A stretch of DNA of 64,000 nt from Adineta vaga (taxonomy: Eukaryota > Animalia > Rotifera), in assembly GCA_021613535.1 (NCBI GenBank), contig CP075497.1, positions 11,284,001 through 11,348,000 on the forward strand, written 5' to 3'. A model generated the notes under the pieces. It did no database searches. It worked only from the letters and a program-made list of their open reading frames with translations, and was not told the origin of the DNA. Shown here in pieces: positions 1 through 14,145 of the stretch (position 1 is its first letter; each line of letters begins with the position of its first letter). A program made the translations under genes and the position numbers.

Positions 1-1844
1 GATAGTCTTCAATCGTTGAATTTAATGATAATTTCTCAGCTTCAAGTTGTTTACGAAGACGATCCATTTCCACGATACGTGTATTCAAATCAGATATTTG
101 ATTTAATTGAACATCCATTTCATCTAAACAAGATTTCGAAATTGTTAATACGAACGTTAATCGAATGTATTATCTATATGTAAGATGATCCAAAGATCTC
201 ATAAAACGATAACTTTGTATATCGTTCGAGGTCAATTTTATTCTCATATATTAGTCATTAGGATAAAACCAATGTGTTTCCGTGAAGAATAGTCAACAAA
301 CCTTGTAGACGACGTTTGTCACGTGTAATAATTTCAATTTGTTCAGCAAGTTGTTCATTTAAACTTTTTACTTTCACCAATTCACTTTGATAATTACGAT
401 ATGCTTGTAAAGCTGATTCTAATTCAGCATTCAATTGATTTAAACGTTGTCGAGCATCATCAGCTTCCTTTTCTAATTGTTTATTACGACGGGTTGCTTC
501 ATCAGCACGTTTACGTTGCTTAATGAAACAAATCACATAATGAAAAGGTTTTTTATTAATTGATTTTTATTTACTTTATCAAATTCATCAGCAATTTTAT
601 CATATTCACTTTGAAGACGTTGTTTGATTTTTTCAAGATTACTTGCTTTGGCAAGAACATCAGTCAATTGCTCTTGAACTTCATTGATACGTGCATTAAA
701 TCGACGTCTAGAGTAGCAAATAGAAAAGAATTGTTCGTTAAAAATCAATGATTATACCTTTGATCTTCAATTTCTTCGTTTTTAGATTCAAGTTCTTTTT
801 CATAACGATCACGCACATGACGTGTCTCTTCTTGAATTTTAATTAATGCTTTTTGTAATTCAGTTTTTGCTTCTAATTCATCATCTAACTGTAATCTTGT
901 TGATTCTAAATCCATTTGAAATGTTTTCACTGATGATTGTAATGTACGATTTGTCTAAAGACAAGAAAGAATATCTTCAATTGAAATGAAAATTTTTTAT
1001 TGAGTCTTACAGCCATTTCAGTTTCCAAATGAAGACGAGCTTCTTCAAGGTCACCTTGTGCTCGTCGATAATTTGTTTGTAATGTTGTTAATTCAAATTC
1101 TGCAGTTTCAAGTCGACGACTAAATACTAGATTTTCTTCCGCGAGACGAGATTTTGCTGTATTAGCATCCGTTAATTGACGAATAGCATCATCGATTTTA
1201 TTACTCATTTCAATTAATCGTGATTCAAGTTCTTTATTCATTGATACAGCTTGACTTTTTCCTTTGGCTAATGATTCAACTTCCATTTTCAATTCTTCAA
1301 TTTCGATGATAAATGTTTTACTTTCCTTGTCATGTCTAAAATAGAACAAATCAATCGAATTTTCAAGTAAAATGATACGATGAATATGAAAATATTGACC
1401 TGGCTTTTCCTTTACTTAAAGCTTCAACTTGACTGGTCAGATCAGAAACTGTATCCTGAAAACGACGACGAAATCCACTTTGCGTTTCATCATGTTCGGT
1501 TGATTGAAGTTCAAGTTTTTGACGTAAATCATGAATTTCCTGTTTTAAACTAAAGAAAATTTCCTATTGATTCCGGCTCTATTGGCTTAATCAAAATATT
1601 TTACCGTTTATTTGCGTCAACTTCTCGGTCACGAGCATTGGTTACTTCGTCAAATTGTTGTTCCAATTCATCGAAATCAATTCGTAAAGCTGTTAATTCT
1701 TTTTCTTGACGAAATCGTACATCACGTTCCGATTTCATTTCTTCTTCAATATCACGAAGACGAGTCTAAATCATTTGATTATTTTCATAATAACAAAACT
1801 ATTTCTTTCATTCGAAAACTTACAGCTAATATGGCTTCAGTCAT
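1..1844 (-). CDS. Paramyosin (myosin-tail coiled coil), 5' part; runs off the left edge of the window
   Basis: Spliced manually from ATG at 1844 (MTEAILA|gtaagt): TRLRDIEEEMKSERDVRFRQEKELTALRIDFDELEQQFDE...LKQEIHDLRQKLELQSTEHDETQSGFRRRFQDTVSDLTSQVEALSKGKAR, then ORFs 927-1349, 745-930, 533-748 and 258-536. Heptad pattern typical of paramyosin; no motor domain. Confidence 0.85.
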
Positions 1845-2916
1845 CTTTGATTGTCTAAATAGAAATCAACAAATGTTACATAGAAAGAAAACAAGGACAA
1901 GGAGTTAAGAGTGATGACAATACATTCTTCTTGTAATGTGATGAGTTGTGATAAATAGAAAGATATACATTCACAAACGATTATCTCATCGCTGATCATC
2001 ATTCGGTCAATGGAGAGAAAAGAAAACAACAAATGGATAAGAATCTCTAATGTCTATGATCATTAACAATAGTATCTATTGAGTAAAACGACGACTCGAT
2101 ATGATTCTTATTTTGATCACTTGTCAATTATATTCGAAAACAATCGTGTTTCTATACCTTCTGATATTCAAATAAGAACTATATTCTGCTTGCTGCTAAT
2201 AGTCAGACATAAAAAAAAAGAAGAAAGCCAAAGAACGACTGACTGCTCGAATGTATCTTCTTAGCCTCGATCTGTACGAGAAGAAGAAGAAGAAGCAGAA
2301 GCAGAAAGAAGAGAAAAAAAGCGATCCTAAATGCGACGCTTGTCCTATGTATATATATTTAGTTCTTTTTTTTTCTATATTGCTGCTATTCTACCAATGA
2401 TCTAATGTTACATATCCGAAGAAGCGTTATCAACAAGGAAGACGGATTTCTTTTCCTTCTCTGACGATAACTCTACGACACATATACACGCGCCTAAGCA
2501 AACAAGCATTTTTTTCTGCAATACATCTTCAGAAACAACAACAGACCTTTATTTCATCTTCCTATCTCCTGATTGTTCTTTCGAGATAGGAAAAGAAGAA
2601 GAACGATGTTCGTCACCAATGTCTATGTTGTAAACCTAAATGAGACAAACGACTGCTCCTATCTGATATTATATTATCCATAACCTTGAGAATCATTCTG
2701 TACATCGAAGCAAGAAGAAAATTTCCTATGCATAATCTATTCTTTCTTTTTTTTTCTCTCTCGAATCGGAACACAAAAGAAAAGAAGAAAAAAAACCGCA
2801 AAGATAAAAAATAAATAAACAGAACTGCAGAAAAACATAAAAGAAAATTTTTTTCCATAAAAAGATAAACATAAAATTGAAAGAAAAGAAAAACAAAGGG
2901 AAATTTTCTGCTTTTT

Positions 2917-5900
2917 CTAATTTTGGTTTTGAATTTTATCAAATTCATTTGACCATTGTTCGATATCATAGGTAACAATTACATCAGTATTGTCACTTTC
3001 ATTTGTACTAATACGACGATCCCAAAGTTCAGCACGTGCAAGAACAGAATTTCTTCCAACTGGTGTTATGGAACGTGTAGAAAGATTTGATGCAGAACCA
3101 GATGTTAAGTCAAATGAATTGTTGTCGGTCAATTGTATTTGCATAGATTTTGCTGGAGTAGGTAAATTATCTGACAGTGGTGTTGATCGATTTATAGAGT
3201 CTTTGGTTAATGTAGAATCTTGTTGATTGTTTTCGTTGTTATTATTAGAATCCTTCACCTAGAAATGAAAGAAAAATGTATAATTCAATTTTTCTGAGAA
3301 AAGAAAAAGATCTAAAGCTAAACTATAAGAAAGAGAAAGTAAAAGCTTATATCCTCACTGATTGATATTATTCAAAATCTAAATGAAGAATAAGCGTGTT
3401 TTTGTTTTTGATCTATCGTTATTTAATCAGAGAAAAGTTTCGTTCATTAAGAGAAAACAAAATTAATAGGATTAGTTGAAAAACTCACATTAGAATTGGA
3501 ATCTTTATTATGAATTAATTTTGTGTTACGTGTTGAAGATGGATTAGAATGTATTTGTCGTTCGATTAATGTTAAGGAAGTTCTATTAGTAGAATTATTA
3601 TTAGTAGTAGTTGAATTTTTAGTTAAGCTTTCAGTTATTTGTTCAATTCGCACATGCTCTTTGCGTTGTTGTTGATATTGATGATTGGGATAGTATTGAT
3701 GTTGAAATGAAGGAGCAGGTGAAGGTGAAGTTTTGTTATTTGGGGTTAAACTGTCATAAACAAGTGTAGCACCACCACCAATTATTTCTTTTACAACATT
3801 TGTTTTAGAACGTTGGTTATCAAAACGTTGAGGAGAAAGCACGGGTGATTTGTTATTACCTTTATCAAACGAACTTTTATTTGCTGATAAAGTAGCATCG
3901 AATGAGACACTCGTTATTGGATTTGCGTTTTTTTCATCTAAAAAGAACAAAATGAAGAATTGTATGCAAAATAGAACAGTTCATTGATTTACGCAATGGT
4001 TGCATTGGTAATACAGGACGAGATTTTGGTGTTGAACGTTCGCCATTATTCGATGTTAATCCTCGACATGTCAAACTAGCTACCTAAATGTAAAGAAATT
4101 AGTAAAAAAAGAGATCTCGAAATAAAACGTTCAATGCTGAACAAGCAAAGCTAATATTTATACACGTGTGAGCAAAACACAACTTTTAATTATTTTAATA
4201 TCCATCACCGTTGTTTTGTTAATACGTGAGAGAAACAATGTGATAGTTTTACCTCCTTATCATTATCTTCTTCATCAGTCCGTCTATAAGCTTGATCCTT
4301 TTTTTTTATAAAGAGAGAGAGAGAGAGAAGAAGTTATCAATAGATTTGTATGATTTAAAGCATGAAAAGAAGAATAATAATCAAAAGCAACAAACCGGCA
4401 AGAGCGGATAAGCACCATCATTTTCATCATGTCCTACTCGATGAATATGGGATTGCGAATGACTTCTCGTATAATCATGAGCTAGATTAGTAGAAGACAT
4501 GCGATCAAATTTCTGTTTTAATTGTCTAACAAGTGGACTTGAAAGATCAACACCATCCGTTTCAGCAGACATTGCCAATGAGGAATATGATTGAGAAGCT
4601 GGATTGAACTAAAGAATAATAATAATGATGAAGAAAAGAAGAATTGATGGTTTCTTTTACTTCTGTATTCGATGGACTTGCTATTGTAGATTGTTGTTGA
4701 TTTTGTTGAAAAACAACATTAGTTGTATGTCGTCGAGAAGAATCACGTTTCTTAAATAGGAAAAAAAACAAGAAAATCATGACATTTTTTACATTTATGC
4801 TTTCTTCTCACTTGACGATCAGGACCAACAGTACTATTCAATAACTGAGGTAAACGTATTTCCCATTTCGGTTTTATAACATTACGTTCAGCTTGTGGAA
4901 GTATAATCGGTGAACGAGGTGTTTCTTCTAGTAAATCATAAACATATTCTGTTTAAAAAAACAAATAAATAAATTTGTTTCGTTTTACCTGCTGGTTTTT
5001 CAATCGATGAACTTCGTTCAAGATAGTATGGTTTTTGATGTGATCGTACAGTTCTTAAATCAACATCATCTGTTTCTAATGATTGTACACTTGCTTCATA
5101 AAGATGTTGCCAATCTTTTATGTAAGGAAAAGCATAGAAATATTTAATTGTATTTAGTTAAACTTACTTTCAAGTAATTGACTTGATCGATCACTTCGAA
5201 ATTTATCCATATAACGTTTTGCATTAAGTTCTTCATCATCACTTTGAATTGGTCTTGGTACTGGTGATAAGGGAGGAGACATTGTCAATGGAATACCTTC
5301 TCGATTTTCGTCATCATCATTCATATTGGAATTTTCTCGTGTTGCTTGTTGTTTTCTCAATGTTCGTGGTAAACTTCGAACAACTGGAGAATCTCGCGGT
5401 ATGTCGATAACTTCTATATATATTTAAAAAAAACCGACGAATGGAGGATGAATATGTTAAATAAAACGTTTGTAAATATCTCTTTTCTTGTTCTCTTCTT
5501 AGTAAGATAAAGATAAAAAGAAAAAGATGAGAGCCTTACCTTTTTCGTGAACAAACACGTCGGCTGTAATTTGCACGCGGCCAGCAGCATTAAGTGCCAA
5601 GCACGTAAATGTCCCATTGTCATCTTCAATCGTTGCTTCATCAACGTGCAATACATGTTGTCCATCACCATAATAATCTGTTGACAAATAGATAATATAA
5701 AAGAAAATGAATCTTTTTTTCACGACATTTAGTAGTCTTCATCGCTGTTCGTAATGTCAATACAGACACGGAAAAGAATTCAAAGGTTTCGGAAGCATTT
5801 TTGAGAGAGTAAAAAAAGGTAATGTACTGTCTATGATTATTGTTTTCTAGATAAACATGATCTATACTAAATGAAATGAATTTCACCTCAAGCAAAATTT

Positions 5901-8900
5901 TAAGCTGTTTTCAAGACATGAAAAAATTAGTTGAAATTTTTCGTAGACATACATAATTTATAATGACCATTGGGTTGAATTAATGTATTTTCTTTATACC
6001 ATACAACTCTTGCTTTTGGATAACCTTGATCAAGTTTACATTTCAATGTTAACGATGAACCTTCATAAACATCTGTATCAGTAAATTCTGTAATGATACT
6101 TGGGGGATGAAACGTTCGTTTATTATCTATATGAAAGAAGACGATAATATTGTATTAGTTTCCAATGAAAAAATGACTTACCTTTGACATATAGTTTCGC
6201 TATATCAACATTTTGTGCTTTATCATTGGCAATAACACATAGATAAGCTCCTTCATCTTCTTTACGAGTAGAAAATATTTTTAAATAATGATATGAATCA
6301 TCATGACTTAATTGATATTTTTCATCGTTATTAATTTCATCATCAGTACCAAAACGAAACCAAAATACATCAATTGGTTCGGTACCTTGAACTTTCGTTT
6401 TAAATCTTGCGGTTTCACCATGACGTGATGTTGTATCTTTCGGTCGTAGGATGAATTTAGGATCTGTAATCGATGGATCCATACGAAATTTATCTTCATC
6501 AATAAATGGTTTCATTTCTGTAGAACTTATATTCGATGTTGACGTTATAGAGTCGTTATCGGATTCATAAGTATAAGAAGGTCGTCGAAATGAACAAGAA
6601 GAATGATTTTGTAGAAGAAGATTGGCAGGTAGAGGAAATAATTTTCGATTAGCTGTTGAATCGTTATCACTTATTTGAGAATGTTCACCAAATGTGATTG
6701 TATTTATTGGAATTGGATAGGATAAAGATGCATCATCAGCATATAAATCATCATCAGCAAGATCTTCAAGAGGTCTTTTGAAAAGAGAAACGTTGAATTT
6801 TATGAATAAAAGACTAGTTGATCTTACTTATCACCAATACGAGGACTTAAATCTTTGTTTTCAGAATTTGGGAGTGTAAGGTATACAGCTTCGCGAGTAC
6901 TACGTGGTGTGTCGTCTCCGGAATGTGAAGACTAACAAAAACAAAGTTTGTACAACTTTCGTATTTGTTTCAAATGAAAAAAGAAGTTTACCTTTGATTC
7001 AATTAACGTAAAATTTGTTTGCCATTCACCAACTTTGGCTTTCGATCTTTTGATTGCTTCTAAATCTGAGTCAATAGAACGTCGATTATAATGTCGATTA
7101 GATGTTTCATCATCAATTGAACTTAAATCTAATTTGAGACCATTATCGAATTCAATACTTTCAGTTGTTGTTGGTAGTGCTTGTTGTTTATTAGTACCGT
7201 TAGTTAAATGTTCATCATCATCATCTTCTTCTTCAATATCTTCTTTAATTGTATCTAAAACATAAGATTTTGCTTTCGTTAATGTTTAAATCGACTAGAC
7301 AAGTGTACCTTCTTCTTCGTCTGCTGCTGATCTTTTTGATACGATTACTTTACGAATATTATCGTTACGAGATTTGATCTATTTCATTGAACAATAACAT
7401 TAATGAGAAGAGAAAACAAAAGCTTTTTTCTAACCTCCCAAGATGCACTTGAAGAATTACTCCACGTTGGTTGAGAAAATGAAGGTTTTGTAAGTGAGGT
7501 TAACGATGATGATGTATTCGATGTTTGTCGTAAAGGTTTTGGAGGTGGCGGTGCTGACTATACAAGAAGAAAACGAATGTAAGATCAATAATATCAAATT
7601 TTCTTTTCTATTTACAACATCAATAACATCAGGTAATTCTTGAAAGATTTCTTTGCTCACACACTTGTCAAAAATAGTTTGTGCTAATTTTTGATCAAAA
7701 TTATTCGTATTGATAGATGAATTCGGTGCTGTTAATGTCTATATTATGGATAAAAAAACCGAATAATAAGAAGATTGATTGAAAAAAATGCAATACTTTA
7801 TGAAATTGTTGAAGATTCGTTTGAAGAACTTGTTCAGTTTGTTGAACTAATAGATTTTGTAAATCACGTTCATGTGTTGTATTTGTTTTTGTATTTGAAC
7901 CTGTAGAATTAAGAAGAACAGGTTCAAATGATTTCAATGATGATAAAATGCATGGTAAAATCAAAATCAAAACACTTGTGACAATCGCCACAAATGGAAT
8001 GGAAATAAGTATCGTTTGAAGTTCATATAAAACTTGTAAAACAGCTACGTAAGATATGAATAGTATAAGAAATCGTTTCATTGATCGATGATGATTTTGT
8101 AACGTTATTTTCTTAAGATTAGACATAAATTTATGGTAATAAACAACCATTGACACAATACATTCTCATTTTTTCTTCTTCTTCTTCTTCGTTTCGTGTC
8201 TTGAAAAAGGCCAAGAGAACAAAACGAAAGAAAAACAAATGACAATGAAAGAAAAAGTAGCAAATGAAGTGTGTGTATGTGTGTTGTGTTTTTTCGTCAA
8301 CTTCTACACCTGATTACAATTGAATCACGTTGAAAGTAAAAGAACTGTTTAAACTTCCCGTTATGATACATATTTTAACATCTTCTGCGAACTTAAATTT
8401 CTTCTTTTTGTTCTTTCGCTTTGTTCTTTTCGACGGCCTTGAACAATGCCGTATGTATTTATTCATATTTGCATACAGAGTAGGTTGCACCTTTTCTTCT
8501 TCTTAAGTAAATTATGTCTTGATATGACATCGAATATCAAAAAGAAAGATTCATTTATCAACCAGAAAAGAAAACAGACGGAGAAAAAGAATTAATATTC
8601 GTCAACTTACGCCGAAGAGGACCACTAAGAGCTACGCGAGCACGAGCAATTTCAGTTGTAAGTTGCTGTTGATGAGCCTTGAGACCTTCTTTACCTAAAT
8701 ATGTATAATGAATGAAATAAAACAAATGTCTGTTGATGTTAAAACTCAAAATTTTTATATCCAAAGAGAAAGAAATTCTTCTCGTTTTACAGTTATTTAG
8801 TCAAACAAAAAGAGAAACGATTTAGAGCTGTTTGAAATGATTAGATAGCATTTATATGAGCAATTAGCTCACCGCCTCGTCGTACGATTGTCGCAACTGA

Positions 8901-10933
8901 CAAATAAGATTAAATATAAATTAATCAATTAATAAAAGAAAGAAAAATAAAGAAATTTCCTTACGTTTTTCTCGAACTGAACGATGATTGTTATATGTAT
9001 TTCGTTCACTTAAATCTTCTTGTAATTTATCAACGAGTAATTTTAATCGTGTTGAATATTCTTTCAATTCACGTTTTACATTCGTATCATAAGGTACAAA
9101 TGAAACAAGAGAACCTAAGATAAAGACAAGAAAAAATGAATATCGTGATTTATATATATATATGAAATTGAACAATTTTTTTATGTCTCGAAAGATCAAG
9201 ATTATGAAAAGATCAAATCCTTAGCAAATAAATCATTGTTACTATTTGCTTATAAAACCAACCAGAATCATTTGTTGGTAAAGTTCCATAACCGAGATCT
9301 TCCTCTACGTATTCATCGAGATCAGCTAAAATATGAAAGAAAGAAAAAATGATTAAATTATAATCTCACCTAAATGTTGTCGAGCTTTGGCTTTTATACA
9401 AGTATTTCTATGATCAGGATCGAACCATGTTAAACGAACAGAAAGGATATCTCCTTGTCCTCGAACTTTCCATGATGTCAAACGACCATCATGATAAAGT
9501 TCTTGGAGAACATTTAGAAAACTTTTCGGAATATCATTATTGATGTCAAATGCAGGCAATTGTCCCAATAAACTTGCCATTACAGTTAGAACTGATTGGG
9601 AGGAGAGACAACAATAGTTCGAGAGATGTATATATGTCTACGAACAAGCTCAACGTTGTCGTCGTCGTCGTCGTCATCAATAATACTCATCAACAATTCG
9701 GTCAGTATGTACGTAAATAGTACGTTGTCGGAGATATATATCTTCACATATTGTTCATTGTCTATGTTAGGAGAGATATGTAGGTCGATAGGCTCAAATC
9801 TATGCACTTGACATACAGAACTGACGAGGAAAAGAAAAGGGAGGGAAGAGACAAACGACAAAGTATATGGCATAAAATAAATACAAATATAAATTTAACC
9901 GATGTGAAGAAGATGAGATTGAGATAGTGATGATTAGGGGGAGAGACAAAAATGCGACGACAATGTAATGAACTGATTGACTGTTTAAATGTAACTTACC
10001 GAGTTCTTTTTCACGTTTATGAAGTTCACGAACAATTTTTGCACTTCCACATCGTTTATGTTTTCGACTTGATTCAAAATAAAACCAATCCGATGTTAAA
10101 CCTTCAAGATTTCTAAATATAACAAAACGAATAATCATCACTTTTGTTTTCATACTTATTTACAACTAAATAGTAATTTAAATAAAACATTTATCATCTA
10201 TTTTACAAACTTATTAACAAAAAATCTCATTGATCATTAACAAGAAAATGTCGTCATGTTCTTTATAATTAAAACACACAATTTTAACAACGTTGTTTTT
10301 TTTTGATTATCTACTTGGTTTTCCTTTTCTCGCATGACTAAACAAATAATATCGTAGACAATTATTCATAAGAATAATTTATGATCGACACGAAAGAAAA
10401 AAAAAGTAAAGAAAACGCGAATAATATTCATGTCTTACTTTAATTCTAAACAAGTTTTACATGCCCATGTTTTACTTGCTGATGTATAAGTTGCACATTC
10501 ATGACAAACGAAAAATTTACATTCTGTACATGATTCTTTTGGATTGAAGAAAATTCGAAATGGTTTAAAACATCTAATACAACGTTCAGCATTAAACTCT
10601 TGTGAACCACCTAAATATTGTACACGTTCATTTTCTTGTCGAACTAATTTCTTTATCTCACTAAAACCAAATCACAAAATCAATCAAAACTGATTAGAAT
10701 CTCACAAATACATACTCTAATCTTTTGTATTCTTGTTGACGAAGTTTAAAATCTCGTTCGACAACGGATAGAACACGTTTACATTCATCATCATTTAAGA
10801 TCGACAATTCAGATGCGCGCGATGTAATAGATCTTGCTTCTATTATTTAGATATTTAGTTATTCATCTATTCAAGAAAACTTATGACTTTATCAATACGT
10901 ACCAGATCCTGATATACTTGGATTTCGAGTCAT
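2917..10933 (-). CDS. MyRIP/melanophilin (Slac2)-like Rab effector: N-terminal Rab-binding domain with zinc finger, two Ig I-set domains and a long low-complexity C-terminus
   Basis: The N-terminal exons give ELSILNDDECKRVLSVVERDFKLRQQEYKRL...CIRCFKPF...CTECKFFVCHEC...WACKTC...SDWFYFESSRKHKRCGSAKIVRELH, matching the Slp-homology domain of MyRIP/melanophilin. Phase-compatible GT-AG exons were checked to about 7790. Ig domains lie at about 6180-6460 (PKFILRP...VFWF...DEGAYLC) and about 5540-6120 (DNGTFTC). The last exon is ORF 2917-3258. The continuity of the downstream exons was not fully phase-checked. Confidence 0.75.
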
Positions 10934-13900
10934 GTTGATGATGTTATTAAGTGATGTTTATCGACAGTAGTCTTTGCATAATAGACAGTTACATGTATTT
11001 TGTTTTGAATATGATTATATAGGTATATTATTGAAGAAGGTTTTACGTATCTTTCGTTTTTTTTCCTACCCGTTTCTTTCTGTTATACTAAGAGACAGAA
11101 TAAGAGGAAAAGAGCAATATGTGTAACTAATAATATATACGATAGCATGTGCTGTCGTTGTCGCTGGTTTGTTCTACGCTTTCAGACTCGTTTTTTTTTT
11201 GTATTCGATGTGAGTAATACTGATATCGAATATGTATGTATGCGATGATTGGAAAGGTAGTGTAAAGGAAAAAAAGAGTGCGAGAGCGAGAAAGTGACTT
11301 GCTTATTAACGATTATTTATTCATGTCATATAAATAACAAAATATGTTTTTTCTTTCTTTTTATGACAAAAGTGTGCCAATTAGTGTGCGTTTAGTGATC
11401 TATGGAAAACAGTAAACGTATATTAATCGTATCATAAAACGAAAAAAAAACATTATATTTACTGCTTTTTCACTACTAAACATTGTTTGTCTCTAAATTC
11501 TGAATAATCATACGATCTTAATTACACGTATAACTAAAAGAATTATTAATAATTGAAAACAATATCATTACTACACTTTTGGGAATTAGCCTTAGTTTGT
11601 GATGTGAATATAAGGTCTATGGTTTTGTTTATCAATCAAACAAGTTGAGTAAAAGAGCAAACTTTAGTTTCATGTATCATTTGACAGGTGTATTATATGT
11701 CACAATGTATTGAATACTGTTTTAATCGTTGTGATGAGCGTTTTTCTCTCAAGGAAATAATAAATAACCTTGTAAATCAATTCAAGTTTGAGATTTATAT
11801 TTTGTTTTCGATATTTGATTATAGTTTACTTCTTTATGAAATAGAACTTAATGTTTGATAAATTCTTCTACTAGACTTTATCTATATAGAGAAATAGAAG
11901 AATGGAATAATAACAATGTGTATTCGGATCTCATCGATGCACAAAATATACCATTATTCATTCATATCTAATAACTTTTGAAACCATATCAAAGAAATAA
12001 ATATGAAAATTTTATTGGAAAAACTATTCCTGATCATTATCTATATATTTATTAATGGATTTTACAATACACAAATGTCTTAGCTCGATGATGTGATTAA
12101 TACACTAGTATGAATAAACGAAATGTCACATTCAATTGATACCATATACGAAAAGAAATTCTCTATGAACTTTTATATTCTGACAATTCATTCATAAAAT
12201 TAACACGAAGAAATTATCTATGAATGTACGATCTATAGATGTCAAAAGAATCAATTATTATTCTATTTTTGTTTTATCAAATTCTTATTCAGTTGAAATT
12301 ATTTCATGAACATGCAATCAGTTTTCTTTTGTATATTATATAACCTACATTTGTATCACTTCATGTATGAATTACTCTTTTTAATAGTTTTCTTTTGCAA
12401 TCGAATATAAGATCGATCGACAGTATACTTCTGCAATAATAACTGAAATTAACAACGAGATAACTTCATGTTTATCTAGTAGAAATAATGATTAGTTCTA
12501 TCTCTAAAGAACAATATTTGATTTGATAGATCATCTTTCTTCAATCGACAAAGATTTGTTTACGAAATTGTTGTATACTGTTGACATATCATCTCTTTTT
12601 CACTTCATTTAGCAAACAATATTATCCATTACTTAATAAACCAAAAGTTTAATGTTTTCTCATCTATTTATTTTCTTCGTCATTCATTATACTACTAACG
12701 ATTGAAATGACATTAAAAAAAATAAAATTTCAATATCTTTTTGATATTATTTATTCAACAATTGACTATCATGATTGAATAGATCTAATTAAAACATATT
12801 GTTTTTACATTTCAATGAGTCTAATCATTATCTCGATGTGTTTAGATAGATTTTTCAATCAAAATTCAACAGCATATCTACATGAAGTATTTGATTGAGT
12901 AAAGATTCTTTTCTATTCAATGATAAATATAAGAGTATGTATATTTCATCTTTCTATCTACAGTTTAAGTAGACCAATCAACATACTCAACTTTATCCAT
13001 CTTTTGTATTATCTTTTTTCTTCTCTCGCTCTCTTTCTCTCTATAAGACAGAAGAACGAAAATGATTGTTGATGCTGTGCAGCGGCCAATTCTTCACTTC
13101 TTTCTTTTCTCATTATTTCGATTTCATTGTATGTGCCCTGAAAGCATCTCTCATGCGTTATTCACCTGCATTTCGAGTTGTTATACATTCTTTAAAGAAA
13201 CAGAGCGCAAAAGCAATCAACCGAAATTCATATTCCATTTCTATTCATATGAGCTTCTTATTGTCACAACACTTGGCGCGACTCTTTTTCTATTGTTGTC
13301 TTTTGCTTTTTTTCATATGATGTGATGCCGATATCAGTCTATGAGAAGTAATCATAATACATGGAAGAAAAGAAGTCGGCACGTCGGATTGAGTTTCTTT
13401 ATCTTTCTATTGTCATTCAATATTGATTCTCTATCTTTTATTTCAATTGATAAATGTCTAATCATAAAGTTGTTTCTTGGACTGATTTGGAAATTTCTTT
13501 TTTTTTTAGTAATCATGATTCATGAAGGTTGCTTATGCAAACATTAGGATTTTAATCAAATTGCTTTCTTTTTTCGAACATGAATGCATGTGAAAAAACC
13601 GAAGAAAAAGAAAATGATGCGATGCATTCGAGCGAGCATAGCATGCAAACGAAGAAGAAGAAGAAGAAGAAAATTGAGTAAAGAAGTTTGTCAAGTGCTT
13701 CCATCACCAGCATGTATGAGAGTAAGCGAACGAGCTACCTTCTTCTTCTCTTTTCAATCTTATTCGTGTGCACATACATATACATACGTCGAGCAGGTAT
13801 ACTTGGGAACGAAAAAGAGAGAGAGAGAGAGAGCGCATGCAAAGACATACAATCATCCTCGGTCACGACAACGCGATGTGGATTTTCATTTTCGCATCAC

Positions 13901-14145
13901 CAGCGAAGAAGAACAGAACATAAGAGGCAGAGAGAGAGAACGGAGATGGCAGTGGCAGAATAAATCAAAATTGATCAGAAGCAACCTGTAAACAGAAAAA
14001 GAAGAAGAAAAAGAAGAAGAAGAGAGAAAATGCCACTACCTTATATGATGACAACTTAAACGAAACACATACATAAAGTGAAAGAGAGGGAGAGAGAGAA
14101 AAGAGAGCGGTAAAAGAAAATCAGAAGCAAAAGACATTGACATCG

